From a virus (taxonomy: Duplodnaviria > Caudoviricetes): a stretch of 40,688 nt of DNA. Location of the stretch: IMG/VR virus record IMGVR_UViG_3300005739_000085, positions 1 through 40,688 of that record, one strand, 5' to 3'. Positions 1 through 9,519 of the stretch are shown one piece after another. Position 1 is the stretch's first letter, and every line of letters starts with the position of its first letter. Below the pieces are notes generated by a model that saw only the letters and a list, made by a program, of their open reading frames with translations, was not told the origin of the DNA and ran no database searches. Made by a program: the position numbers and the translations under genes.

Positions 1-180
1 TTGTTCTGCAGAATTAATTTTTTCTATATCGTTTAGAATTTGAGTTTTAATAGTTGGTTGTAGCTTAGGGTCGCCGCCATCTGGCATAAAATACCAAACT
101 CTTGGATCTAAAGAATTAGGTGAAATTGGGTTTGTATGTGTTTTTAAATATTTTTCAAGTTCTTGTTCGAACAATTTCAT
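1..180 (-). CDS. N-terminal 60 aa of a phage protein running off the left edge (possibly nucleotidyltransferase-like)
   Basis: ATG at 180, open to position 1: MKLFEQELEKYLKTHTNPISPNSLDPRVWYFMPDGGDPKLQPTIKTQIL...; TAAATA box 5 nt upstream; not in the ORF track. Function is a guess from the LDPRVW..LQPTIK segment. Confidence 0.6.
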   Translation of the reverse strand, partial: MKLFEQELEKYLKTHTNPISPNSLDPRVWYFMPDGGDPKLQPTIKTQILNDIEKINSAEQ

Positions 181-210
181 AATAGTATTTATGCTATTTC
201 TATAAACAGA

Positions 211-232
211 AACAGCCCCTTTCGGGGCTGTT
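211..232 (-). terminator. Rho-independent terminator
   Basis: Minus strand AACAGCCCC-GAAA-GGGGCTGTT (9-bp stem, GNRA loop) followed by TCTGTTT, about 20 nt downstream of the stop of 255..1049. Confidence 0.85.
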
Positions 233-254
233 CATATAATTATGTATAAAAAAC

Positions 255-1049
255 TTATTTAAAAAAGTCGCCCTTTTTAACTGTTGACTTAACTTCTGGT
301 TTACCTTTTGGGTTTTGAAGTGATTTGTCGTGAGCTTTTGCTGGTTTAAGTTCTGGATCTGATTCAATATCTCCCCCGTGTGCTTTACCACCGTGAACTT
401 TTGGGTTGCCGCCTACTTTATTATTTTTATTTTGAAGAACTTTACTTTTATCACCAAGAGGTTTTAATTCTGTTGATTCTTTAAAAGGTTTTTCAGATTC
501 TTCTTCTGACTCTTCTTTTTCTTCTTCTGGCTCTTCACTGCCAAACTCAACTTCTTCTTCATCTCCCTCTGACTCTACTTCTGTTTCATCAGAAATTTTA
601 TCAAGGATTGTTTGAAGACGATCCATTACTTCTTTGAGATCTGATACTAAATCCGAAACTTCGTCTTTACTGTCTTCAAGTTCGTCGACCATGTCTTCAT
701 TTGAAGTAGGAATTTCTACATTCATATCATCTGAAGTTGGTGCACCAAACTCTTCAGTTAATGTTGCTTTAAAGAGTCTTTCAAATGACCCTTCGAATGA
801 TCTTTTTGGTTCTGCTTCCATAGAATCTTTTAATACATTTGCTTTACCCGTTAATACTTTTGTACCTTCAGCCTCTTCAGGTGTATCTAAATCTTTTTTA
901 CGTGCATCAGGCCCTTGACCTGCTACTGGTCGTGCTTTTTTAGCATCGATTTTTGAATCTAGTTCATTAGCGCCTTTAACTACATTGTCTTTAGCTTCGC
1001 TAAGGAGAACTTTAGATGTGTAAATTTCTTCAAGAGGATTTTTCTTCAT
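255..1049 (-). CDS. Acidic, low-complexity protein, putative prohead core/internal head protein
   Basis: 264 aa, E/D/K rich, short coiled coil (VSDLVSDLKEVMDRLQTILDKI), poly-Glu tract; has its own TAAATA box and terminator. Confidence 0.55.
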   Translation of the reverse strand: MKKNPLEEIYTSKVLLSEAKDNVVKGANELDSKIDAKKARPVAGQGPDARKKDLDTPEEAEGTKVLTGKANVLKDSMEAEPKRSFEGSFERLFKATLTEEFGAPTSDDMNVEIPTSNEDMVDELEDSKDEVSDLVSDLKEVMDRLQTILDKISDETEVESEGDEEEVEFGSEEPEEEKEESEEESEKPFKESTELKPLGDKSKVLQNKNNKVGGNPKVHGGKAHGGDIESDPELKPAKAHDKSLQNPKGKPEVKSTVKKGDFFK

Positions 1050-1085
1050 ATGTTGTAATTATATTTATTCTATCTAGGTTAATTT

Positions 1086-2153
1086 TTAACTGTTCTGTAA
1101 TTGTTTTTGTAGATTTATTATAGCAGCACTTTGTTGTTCTACTATAGTCATTAATTGCTGTACGGCGCCGTAAAGAGCAGCATAAATTTGATTTGCATCT
1201 AAAGTTAAACAGTTTTCAACGGTAGTTGGGTTGTCAGTATTTGAATTATAAACCATTGTTTTTTCTTTTACCCCTTTAGGAAAAACCTCTTTAACATCCT
1301 GTGCAATCCACCCCAGCATAGATCTATCTCGACCCGGTACAAATTCATTCCAAGTATAATATTTAAGAGGTAATGTTTTTACAATATCGTAACATCTTTG
1401 GGTGTTAGCTAATTCTATGTCATGCTTAATTCTTTCATCCGAATTTATCAACCAAAGAGTTGATGTAGGTTTATATGTCCAATCTGTTGCACACTCTACT
1501 GTAAAAGTATTTGAATCAGGGAATGCAGGATACCCGGCCCCAAGAATAGAACCAGGTAAGGTAACCGGGTACATGCCAATACCTACATCTCCGTCCTTAG
1601 TAATTGTGAGCCTATCAGGGGATAAAGACGGAAGAGCTCTATCTGCTGTTTTACGGATAACTACTGCTCCATCTGGTTCTATAACTACCCGCTCTGTATC
1701 TCTAGTACCTAAAAATAAACCACCAGATAAATCTGCGTTATTTATAATAAAATCCCCTTGTATTGTTTTTGTAATATCAGCGTAGCTTGTATCTGTTATA
1801 TTACCATTAATATAACTTGATGTTAAAGTCATGTAACGAGTTGTAATTTCAACTTCAGCCCCAGATGTAAAGTTAGTATATAAAATTAAATTTGTATCAT
1901 TTTGATTTTTAAAAACTCCAAAATTTTGAAATATACCTGTAATACCACTCAAAACAGCCACTCTAGCTGATAAAGGCCCAAGTTCAGTACCTATATTATA
2001 GTACATTCCTTCAGGTGCGCTTAAAGGTGTAATAGCTGCTGTTTGAATTGTTAAACCGACATCTAAATTTTTGTAATTTAAATTTATAGTATCTAAAGAA
2101 TCACCGATACAATCGTTTTCATCAATTAGTGTTATGTAATTGTAATCACTCAT
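1086..2153 (-). CDS. Tail fibre/spike protein with C-terminal intramolecular chaperone (peptidase S74) domain
   Basis: SDERIKHDI autocleavage motif, GWIAQDV, LYGAVQQL plus terminal coiled coil; DGDVGIG fibre motif. Confidence 0.88.
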   Translation of the reverse strand: MSDYNYITLIDENDCIGDSLDTINLNYKNLDVGLTIQTAAITPLSAPEGMYYNIGTELGPLSARVAVLSGITGIFQNFGVFKNQNDTNLILYTNFTSGAEVEITTRYMTLTSSYINGNITDTSYADITKTIQGDFIINNADLSGGLFLGTRDTERVVIEPDGAVVIRKTADRALPSLSPDRLTITKDGDVGIGMYPVTLPGSILGAGYPAFPDSNTFTVECATDWTYKPTSTLWLINSDERIKHDIELANTQRCYDIVKTLPLKYYTWNEFVPGRDRSMLGWIAQDVKEVFPKGVKEKTMVYNSNTDNPTTVENCLTLDANQIYAALYGAVQQLMTIVEQQSAAIINLQKQLQNS

Positions 2154-2156
2154 ATA

Positions 2157-4031
2157 TTAAACGTAAATTTGTACTAAACTTGGTACCGCTGTAATTCTTG
2201 GTGATGCGTCAACACCAAGTTGACCTGAACCGGTTCTATCATATCTCCAGTACGGCCAATTTGGCCACCAGTAGTACCAATACGTACCAGATAACTGTTG
2301 GTAACCAACGTCACTATCGTACCCCCATGCTAATACACGACCTGTATTTAAAAGACATAAAAAGTTTGCAAAACCTGAGTCATTATTTGTGCTTCTAATT
2401 TGTACCGGTACTCCTAAGGCGGGGTTGTATAATACTCTAACAAACGTTTCAGAGTTATTCAAAGTACCACGACCTAAAAGACCTGTACCACCATAACCAG
2501 ATGCCCACATATTATTATTAGTATCTAATACTAACGTTGTTTTCTCAGTACCGTTGCCCGCAACAACAACTTGTTTAACTTTAGCTCCTGTTTGTACCCA
2601 TGGCCAATTTGGATTTACCATTGGTGGTTGTTTTGGGTCTCTACGAATTACACCAGTCAATGCAAGAGACATATCTCCTAAACCAAGAGCTCCGGAACTA
2701 TTATTACCCCATCCTTTAAGACGATATGCATCTCCGTCTCTAATTAACGCCCAGCATGTTGTGGCATCACTATCAGCATGCGCTACTACATCAACAACAA
2801 AATCTTCAAAAGGAACAAACCCGTTTGTTAGACCAAATCTTGTTTGTCTCTGTCTTGAAACATTATAAAAAGGTACACGGCCAGGGGATAAAACTTTTTC
2901 TCCAGATACTTGTCCGTTGTTATCAAAGCCAGCGGCCCATAAAGTGCCGTCAGTAAGAGTTATCCAAGCAGATATGTTATCTACTGTGCCACCGCAACGA
3001 ACATTATTAACAACATAATTAGCAGGTAACCCAGCAACTTCTTGAAATGTTACTAAATCTCTATCAGCTGTACCGATACCTGCCTGCCCGTCTTGATTTC
3101 TGCCACATACAAACAACTTACCTGCTGTATCCTTAATAAAGGTTGTAGTGCGACGATCATTTCCGCCTGATGTAATAAACGCTACTGAACCTACATAACC
3201 CACTCTTCGAGGTAGGGTTATAATTTCGTTTCTAACAGTTCTTGTAGTGCCTGTTTGACCGTTGCTGTTATCGCCCCATACGTATAGCGCCCCTGAGCGA
3301 GTTACAGCAAAAACAGTTATATAATCAGATTTAGCCCCTGAGCCTGTTGATACCCGCACCACTGGGTCGGTTACAGCTGCTGCATAACCAGGAACCGGGT
3401 TAGTTTGAAAATTGTACGGGGTGGTATTAAAGGTATCCCCTAAAACGTTAATAAATGTAAAAGCGGCTATGACAGTATTTGTATTGCCCTGAGCAACTTG
3501 ACCGTGTCGATTATAACCTGCTCCGTATAAACGACCTTTAGAAGTTATAATATAAGCATTGTGACAGTGAGTATATGCTCTTATTATTGTTTCATCGACC
3601 TGCAATGGCGGCGAAAAACCAGAAATTCTTGGCAGAAAAACAGAATCCGGTGCGCCAACTCCTAGTTCTCCGTAACTATTTAATCCGCAAACACGCATTG
3701 ACCCGTCATTAAGAATAAAGAAGTTATTTCTACCGCCGCCGGAATTAATACCTTGTTCTTCTAATAATGACACTCTTAGCGGATTAAATTTAGGCACATT
3801 AACTATTACCGCATTATTTGCGGTACCTGTTCCAGATACTGTAACACCTTCACCAACAAAGTTGAAAGTGGTAACGTTAGATCCTACTTGTTCACTATCT
3901 TTAAGAACAGCAACACCAGCAGATATTTCACAAATAGCTGTTCTAAGTGAATTAAAATTGGTGTTTATGGTAATGAGGGAGTTACCTATACACTCAGTTT
4001 TGGGAATTGTTGTTATACTTGGACAAGGCAT
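2157..4031 (-). CDS. RCC1/BLIP-II-like repeat beta-propeller virion protein, putative receptor-binding
   Basis: Repeated G-x-L-x-x-x-G-x-N-x-x-G-Q-x-G units (GLNSYGELG, GYNRHGQ, WGDNSNGQTG, GRNQDGQAG, WGNNSSGALG...); fibre-type N-terminus. Confidence 0.85.
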   Translation of the reverse strand: MPCPSITTIPKTECIGNSLITINTNFNSLRTAICEISAGVAVLKDSEQVGSNVTTFNFVGEGVTVSGTGTANNAVIVNVPKFNPLRVSLLEEQGINSGGGRNNFFILNDGSMRVCGLNSYGELGVGAPDSVFLPRISGFSPPLQVDETIIRAYTHCHNAYIITSKGRLYGAGYNRHGQVAQGNTNTVIAAFTFINVLGDTFNTTPYNFQTNPVPGYAAAVTDPVVRVSTGSGAKSDYITVFAVTRSGALYVWGDNSNGQTGTTRTVRNEIITLPRRVGYVGSVAFITSGGNDRRTTTFIKDTAGKLFVCGRNQDGQAGIGTADRDLVTFQEVAGLPANYVVNNVRCGGTVDNISAWITLTDGTLWAAGFDNNGQVSGEKVLSPGRVPFYNVSRQRQTRFGLTNGFVPFEDFVVDVVAHADSDATTCWALIRDGDAYRLKGWGNNSSGALGLGDMSLALTGVIRRDPKQPPMVNPNWPWVQTGAKVKQVVVAGNGTEKTTLVLDTNNNMWASGYGGTGLLGRGTLNNSETFVRVLYNPALGVPVQIRSTNNDSGFANFLCLLNTGRVLAWGYDSDVGYQQLSGTYWYYWWPNWPYWRYDRTGSGQLGVDASPRITAVPSLVQIYV

Positions 4032-4087
4032 AATTACTATCTTTTTTATTTATTACGGCAATAACAGAGATCAAAAATTATTTAAAA

Positions 4088-7000
4088 TTAGGTTGGAGTT
4101 ATTATTTGTAAAGTACCTGGTGTACCTGCAAAAGTTAATGTTACTTGTCTAATTTGTTGTTCTTGTTGTTCTTGTTGTTCTAAAATTGTAAACAAACAAA
4201 CGGGGTCAAAGTATGCTATTATGGATGATAAATTTTCCCAGAGATATCCTATTATTCTATTTACTGAAGCTGCAGTTACAATTTCATTTTGACCTATAGA
4301 TATTTTATCTTTACTATGTGTTGGTGGTATATACTTTTGACAATTATTCAATTCAAAAATTAATGATCTTCTAAATAATTCTATATTATCCCATATACGT
4401 TGAAATGCTTTATTATACACCCAGTCCTGCACATACTCGTCTTTGTGTATTAAAATATCCCTTAACTTCCAATAATTGCTTGGTAACGGTCCTTTGAGTT
4501 GCTTTGTTCTCATAGGGTCAACGTATTTTAATATTTTTTCTCCAGAAGTAATTAATACATTTCGATATTGATCTTGATGTACACTTGTTATATTTTGCGC
4601 ACATGCTTTATCCTGTACAATAAAACCTGCAAATGCTCCATTTCTAAAATACTTACCAACTTTTTTAGCTGATACAACATAAATTAACTCTCTGTTTTGA
4701 TTGACACTAAGTCGTAAAGATGTTGTATTTGAAAATTCATTTAGAGTGTACTCAAAAAGATAATTTCCAATATAAGAAAATACTATAATTTTATTATTAA
4801 CTAAAGCGTGTACTTGATTTTGACTATCAACAACAATACTGGTAGGAGTATTATCTGTAAACTCAGGAGATTTTATAGTTTGAATCCAAGTACCGGTGTT
4901 AGTATAATGCTTAATACAGCTGTTTCCTGTATCTGCTATCCAAATATTATTTAAATTATCAATATGTATGTCGTTCGGGGAGGAGTATTTGTTACGAGAG
5001 TTAGAAGAACCAAATCCGCCCCAATCTAAAATTTTAACCCAAGGTGTTGTTTGTGTTATATCAAAGTCGTATGCTACAACTCTATTAAGAGTTCCATCAA
5101 GTACAAAAAATCTACCGTTGCTATCAAACTCTATATTTTTAATATCTTTAAATGCAAAAAAGTCATCTATAGTTCTTTTCGACGCTATGAAAGAAGGATC
5201 ATATTCAGAAGATAAAACTTTTATTTGAGTTGGAAGAGCAACAACTATTAAATCATTATACGTTGCAATATTACGGTACGAGCAAACAGGGTTATCAGTG
5301 CACTGACCTATAGGGTTAAAGTTTTCATTAATTTTTGGTATATTAACTTGCCAAAATCCATCATTACAATTTAAACCAGTGATAACATCCCCTTCAAGAG
5401 TTATGCAAGGTTCAGAATACCATCTCTTTTCATATATTTCTCCAAATTTAGTTTTAGACCATTGTACTAAATTTGTTATATTATTACTACGACGGGACTT
5501 CCATTTCCATTCAATACAATGACGACCAAAACAATCCGGGTTATAAGAAGATGTTGTTGACGATTTACGTAAATGTAATTCCCATGGTGCGCATTGAGCA
5601 AGACGACCATTTGCTGTTATTGCAGTTATATTAGTATCTAAACATTCAACGTCTTCCCAAGTAACGTACTGAGATGCTGATACAGAAGAGGTTACAGGTG
5701 TTAAACATTCGACATCTTCCCAAGCCCAAACAGGGCATACAAAGGCCCCTGGTGGTGGCGGAGGTGTACCTAACCAACCATAAAATTCAACTGGATCATC
5801 ATAATAGTTGCGGCTGCGAGTTTCTAAATATTCTAAATTCTCGTAAAATTTTCGTATTACTGAATTTATATTATTTTCAGTTACCCATTCATTAGGTGCG
5901 ATATGTGGTTTATTAGGCCATGGTAATACTAATTCGCTTTTTGGTGTTCGATAATTTTCAGGATCAACAGTATCATATTCTGCTACAATGTTTAAAATAT
6001 TTTTATATTTTTCTATTATTGTGCCACCGTTATTATAATTTATCGTAACTGTAATAGTTTTATAGCCGGGTTCAGTATATATAGTTTCGAAATTATTATA
6101 TATGTTATTACCTAAGAGAGTTATTGGTGTATTATTTTCAAAATCTATTACTATATTATTAACATTATTAAATCCTACAGATAGGTTTTGAAAACTAATT
6201 TTTTGCCCTGTTAAAACAAAACGATTAGATGTATAAAATCTAAAGTCACCTCGAGATAATATTCTCGCTATACTTGAATTAACCGCTACTGTGGATTTTG
6301 CGCCCCAGTCAAAAGGAAAAGCACTAATTGTACATGTAGCTACTTGTTGACCTTGTATAAAAATATTTGTATTTTCTGTAATACTTGCAGTATAAAAATT
6401 AGTTCCGTTGCCCAAATAAGATATTGGAAATTCGTATTTTTTCTCTGTAACAGGTAAAGCAGTATTAATTGACCATTTGCTTGTAGATAGAGTCCAAACA
6501 GTGCCAGTACTAGTACAAAACTCTGGTTCTACAATTCCATCATTAGCATTAAACCCTTCAAAAACCCATTTTTTAGGAAACCTCCCTTGTGAAGCAGCAA
6601 CAGGGAGCGGCGGCGGTGGGGCCAAAGGACCTGATTGTTTACCAGCACCTTGTGTGCACTGAGCGTCAGCCCATGAAGAAGGTTTGTTAGTAAATGAAGA
6701 CGGATTTGCAGAATAAGCTGACAAAGCAGACCACTTCCACAAAATATTATATTTGTCATAACATCTATCTATTGATTGTATACCTCCCCCGTATAAAGCT
6801 ACTAAAAGGTCAGCAGATAAAATTTGTGTACCTGAACGACCTATTCCTACCGGTAAAAATATATCCCCTGCGACATCCGTACTAAAAGACGTTAATACCG
6901 GTGCAAAATTTACAACCTGTATATTTTTCTTAAACTTATTATTATTAGGGTTTGTATAGGGCTCTACTACTTGAGTGCCTGAAGTTATAAGAACAGTACT

Positions 7001-9490
7001 ATAAAAAAACGGATAGGGTTCTATATCGCCGGTAGTATCGTTTAGTTTATAAATCGGGCCTGAAGATAGTATATAATCATTAGTAACATATAGAGATACC
7101 GGTATAGAGGGATAATAACCTATAAACGTTGGAACATTTACTATAAGCTCTCTTGATAAAGAAGTTATTAAAGGATTTGTAGTACCGGCTACCCCAATAC
7201 CGATATCTTTTTCATACACATTTGTGTTTATATCATAAAATGTCCAAAAATGTTTGGGATTATTTGGATATGTTGGGGCTGAAAAAGTTATTGTTTCAGT
7301 ATGACCTTCTCCATAAAAACAAAGACCGTTGGTTACTGTATAGTTGTCTGGAGGGAATACTGGTATGCCGGTTCCTGATGCATCAAAATAAACGCTAGGC
7401 CAACCTACAAAATCAGCTGATAAAAGCTGGGGTATAAATTTTGCTGAAATACTATTTGTAAAAATATGTGGCGTGTACCAGGAAGTAAGAGAATTAAAAG
7501 TGGTACCTGATGATACAGAAATTTGTATGCTACTAACAGATGGTATAAAACCGTTAAAAATACATACATCGGTATAAACAGTTGTATTAACGTCTAAAAC
7601 ATTAGTAGGAATAAGACCGTTGTTTAAAGAAAGGGTGGTAACATTATATTTTTTATTAAACGCGGTTGTATCAGTAGAAGTATATGTGGTTGTTGTTGTT
7701 CCGGGTTCAATTTGAGCTCCCCAAATTAATATAGCGTCTGTGTTTCCGGCGTCTGAATTTATTGAATCTGTTGTAGATGTTACCCCAATATCAAAAACAA
7801 AAGTATTAGCAGCTGTAATGTTTAGTATTGCCGTACATCTTACCCATCTGTTTTCAAAATCGTATCCTGACAAATTAAATTCAGAAGGGTTAGTAGCAAT
7901 AACAGCTCCAGAACCAGGCTCCCATATTCCGTAGTTAAAAGTATTTGCACCGTATAGATCAAATATAATATCTCCGTGTTCTGATGTGCTGAAATAAAGA
8001 TAGCGGCCATCAGCTGATGGGTAAGCATATAGAGAAAATCTATAACGGCCGGGAGATAGCGAAATACTCTGTTGTATGTCGTGAGATATATTATCAAGCT
8101 CTAAAACACTAAATGTCAGCGCGGGATCGGTACTTGATGTCCCTGGAAAAACTGAATTGTCGATTTTAATAATGTCATTAGGATTGTAATTTTGTCCTCC
8201 GTTATTAGGATTACTGGGGTCTATTACTACAGAAGTAACAATATTGTTATTAATATTAATAAGAAACTTGGCCCCGTAGCCTTCAGAAGCAACTGTAAAC
8301 TGACTATCTGAAGCCGAGCGTTCGCCGTTATTTCGAGGGAATAAATCGTTTTGTAAATTACCAACTGTTTTAATTGTATTATAAGGCAACCCTGTAACTG
8401 GTATAAGCAGGGTAGCAGTTTGTGTGTTATCAGGTGCTGGATATAAATTAGGATATAATTGTAGGTTGTTGGAAGTCCATGTTGGTGTGAAATCAAAATT
8501 CTGACTCTTTAAAATGTAATTTATTTTATTAAGAAAGTCCTCACTTATAACTGTTGCGAAATTAAAATTATAAGGAGTATTTGATACTTCTCTGTAAAAT
8601 AGCGGACTAAAATTTGTATTTTCATAATTCAAGCACAGAGTAGGTATTAATGTACTTGGAAATAAATCATATATAATATTAAAAGAATTAAATGATATAG
8701 GTTGCCCAAAACTTAAATCAACACTTGACTTATAGTACGCCTCTATTGTTTGAGTGAGTAAGGTATACGGGGCGATTATATGATTATATGTACCTGCTGT
8801 TACATAAAAGACTAATGTACTAATCTGTCCGGCGGTAATATCAGTATTTGAAGTGTAAGGGGTACCGTTAAGTTGTTTGGCCCAAACCGTAGAATCATCA
8901 AATGTCCAACTTAAAAGATAAGAAGCTGGGGCTGAAACATATGTTGCTCTTGTAGCAAGAGAAAGATCTAAATTATTAGCGGATAAAAATACAGCAGTAG
9001 CAGTTAAAGAACGTATAAAGGGCTCGTTGTCAAAATCAATAGAACTAATTGCTATAATGCTTGTATTTGGAGGACCTTGAGATATTGAATAATCGATTTT
9101 ATATGTATCAAAAGTTGTAGGCAACGAATCACCAACACTTGACAAGTAATTTACTTTAGCGGTGGGGGTTATTAATGTAAAAGGTATTGTTACAGGGGTA
9201 CCGGCAGTTAAATCTAATATTAAGGTTCCAACTTGATTTGCAGAAAGAACTGTGTTAGAAAAATACGGTGTGCCGTCTATTCGAGTAGCTAATGCAATAG
9301 AATCGTCAAATTCCCAACTTAAAAGGTAAGATGCAGGAGCTGTAACATATCTAGTTACAGTAGCAAGAGATGGGTCGGGTCCTCTATTTGCAGATAAAAA
9401 TACAGCAGTAGCAGTTAAAGAACGGGCAAAAGGTTCATTAATAAACCTTACCGCACTAAACGCTATAATATTTGTATTTGGAGGCCCCAT
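4088..9490 (-). CDS. Large multidomain virion protein (duplicated N-terminal domain, WGAQIE jelly-roll-type domain, PKD-like, NHL beta-propeller)
   Basis: 1800 aa; NHL signature (YSSPNDIHIDNLNNIWIADTGNSCIKHY), PKD-like YTEPGYKTITVT, WGAQIEPG motif; lies in the baseplate cluster. Confidence 0.75.
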   Translation of the reverse strand: MGPPNTNIIAFSAVRFINEPFARSLTATAVFLSANRGPDPSLATVTRYVTAPASYLLSWEFDDSIALATRIDGTPYFSNTVLSANQVGTLILDLTAGTPVTIPFTLITPTAKVNYLSSVGDSLPTTFDTYKIDYSISQGPPNTSIIAISSIDFDNEPFIRSLTATAVFLSANNLDLSLATRATYVSAPASYLLSWTFDDSTVWAKQLNGTPYTSNTDITAGQISTLVFYVTAGTYNHIIAPYTLLTQTIEAYYKSSVDLSFGQPISFNSFNIIYDLFPSTLIPTLCLNYENTNFSPLFYREVSNTPYNFNFATVISEDFLNKINYILKSQNFDFTPTWTSNNLQLYPNLYPAPDNTQTATLLIPVTGLPYNTIKTVGNLQNDLFPRNNGERSASDSQFTVASEGYGAKFLININNNIVTSVVIDPSNPNNGGQNYNPNDIIKIDNSVFPGTSSTDPALTFSVLELDNISHDIQQSISLSPGRYRFSLYAYPSADGRYLYFSTSEHGDIIFDLYGANTFNYGIWEPGSGAVIATNPSEFNLSGYDFENRWVRCTAILNITAANTFVFDIGVTSTTDSINSDAGNTDAILIWGAQIEPGTTTTTYTSTDTTAFNKKYNVTTLSLNNGLIPTNVLDVNTTVYTDVCIFNGFIPSVSSIQISVSSGTTFNSLTSWYTPHIFTNSISAKFIPQLLSADFVGWPSVYFDASGTGIPVFPPDNYTVTNGLCFYGEGHTETITFSAPTYPNNPKHFWTFYDINTNVYEKDIGIGVAGTTNPLITSLSRELIVNVPTFIGYYPSIPVSLYVTNDYILSSGPIYKLNDTTGDIEPYPFFYSTVLITSGTQVVEPYTNPNNNKFKKNIQVVNFAPVLTSFSTDVAGDIFLPVGIGRSGTQILSADLLVALYGGGIQSIDRCYDKYNILWKWSALSAYSANPSSFTNKPSSWADAQCTQGAGKQSGPLAPPPPLPVAASQGRFPKKWVFEGFNANDGIVEPEFCTSTGTVWTLSTSKWSINTALPVTEKKYEFPISYLGNGTNFYTASITENTNIFIQGQQVATCTISAFPFDWGAKSTVAVNSSIARILSRGDFRFYTSNRFVLTGQKISFQNLSVGFNNVNNIVIDFENNTPITLLGNNIYNNFETIYTEPGYKTITVTINYNNGGTIIEKYKNILNIVAEYDTVDPENYRTPKSELVLPWPNKPHIAPNEWVTENNINSVIRKFYENLEYLETRSRNYYDDPVEFYGWLGTPPPPPGAFVCPVWAWEDVECLTPVTSSVSASQYVTWEDVECLDTNITAITANGRLAQCAPWELHLRKSSTTSSYNPDCFGRHCIEWKWKSRRSNNITNLVQWSKTKFGEIYEKRWYSEPCITLEGDVITGLNCNDGFWQVNIPKINENFNPIGQCTDNPVCSYRNIATYNDLIVVALPTQIKVLSSEYDPSFIASKRTIDDFFAFKDIKNIEFDSNGRFFVLDGTLNRVVAYDFDITQTTPWVKILDWGGFGSSNSRNKYSSPNDIHIDNLNNIWIADTGNSCIKHYTNTGTWIQTIKSPEFTDNTPTSIVVDSQNQVHALVNNKIIVFSYIGNYLFEYTLNEFSNTTSLRLSVNQNRELIYVVSAKKVGKYFRNGAFAGFIVQDKACAQNITSVHQDQYRNVLITSGEKILKYVDPMRTKQLKGPLPSNYWKLRDILIHKDEYVQDWVYNKAFQRIWDNIELFRRSLIFELNNCQKYIPPTHSKDKISIGQNEIVTAASVNRIIGYLWENLSSIIAYFDPVCLFTILEQQEQQEQQIRQVTLTFAGTPGTLQIITPT
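4154..4180. repeat. (TTGTTGTTC)x3 in-frame tandem repeat encoding EQQEQQEQQ
   Basis: Three perfect 9-nt copies read directly. Confidence 0.9.
8680..9490. repeat. Diverged tandem duplication, period 411 nt (137 aa)
   Basis: Identical 32-mer GATAAAAATACAGCAGTAGCAGTTAAAGAACG at 8982 and 9393; TGTATTTGGAGG at 9062 and 9473; GPPNT..NEPF.RSLTATAVFLSAN..APASYLLSW.FDDS occurs twice. Lower boundary approximate. Confidence 0.9.
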
Positions 9491-9519
9491 TATAGATTAT
9501 TTAACGTCTTTTATCTTAG

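Noticed and set aside
200-391. 63-aa minus-strand ORF
   Set aside because: Overlaps 255..1049 out of frame and runs through the terminator.
634-1785. Plus-strand ORFs 634..918 and 1402..1785 (and similar short track ORFs throughout 2198-22691)
   Set aside because: Antisense or off-frame shadows of well-supported genes; no motifs or start signals.
2157-4031. Diversity-generating retroelement targeting the RCC1 or fibre C-termini
   Set aside because: No reverse transcriptase and no template/variable repeat pair differing at adenines in the window; the 411-nt repeat is an in-frame N-terminal duplication.
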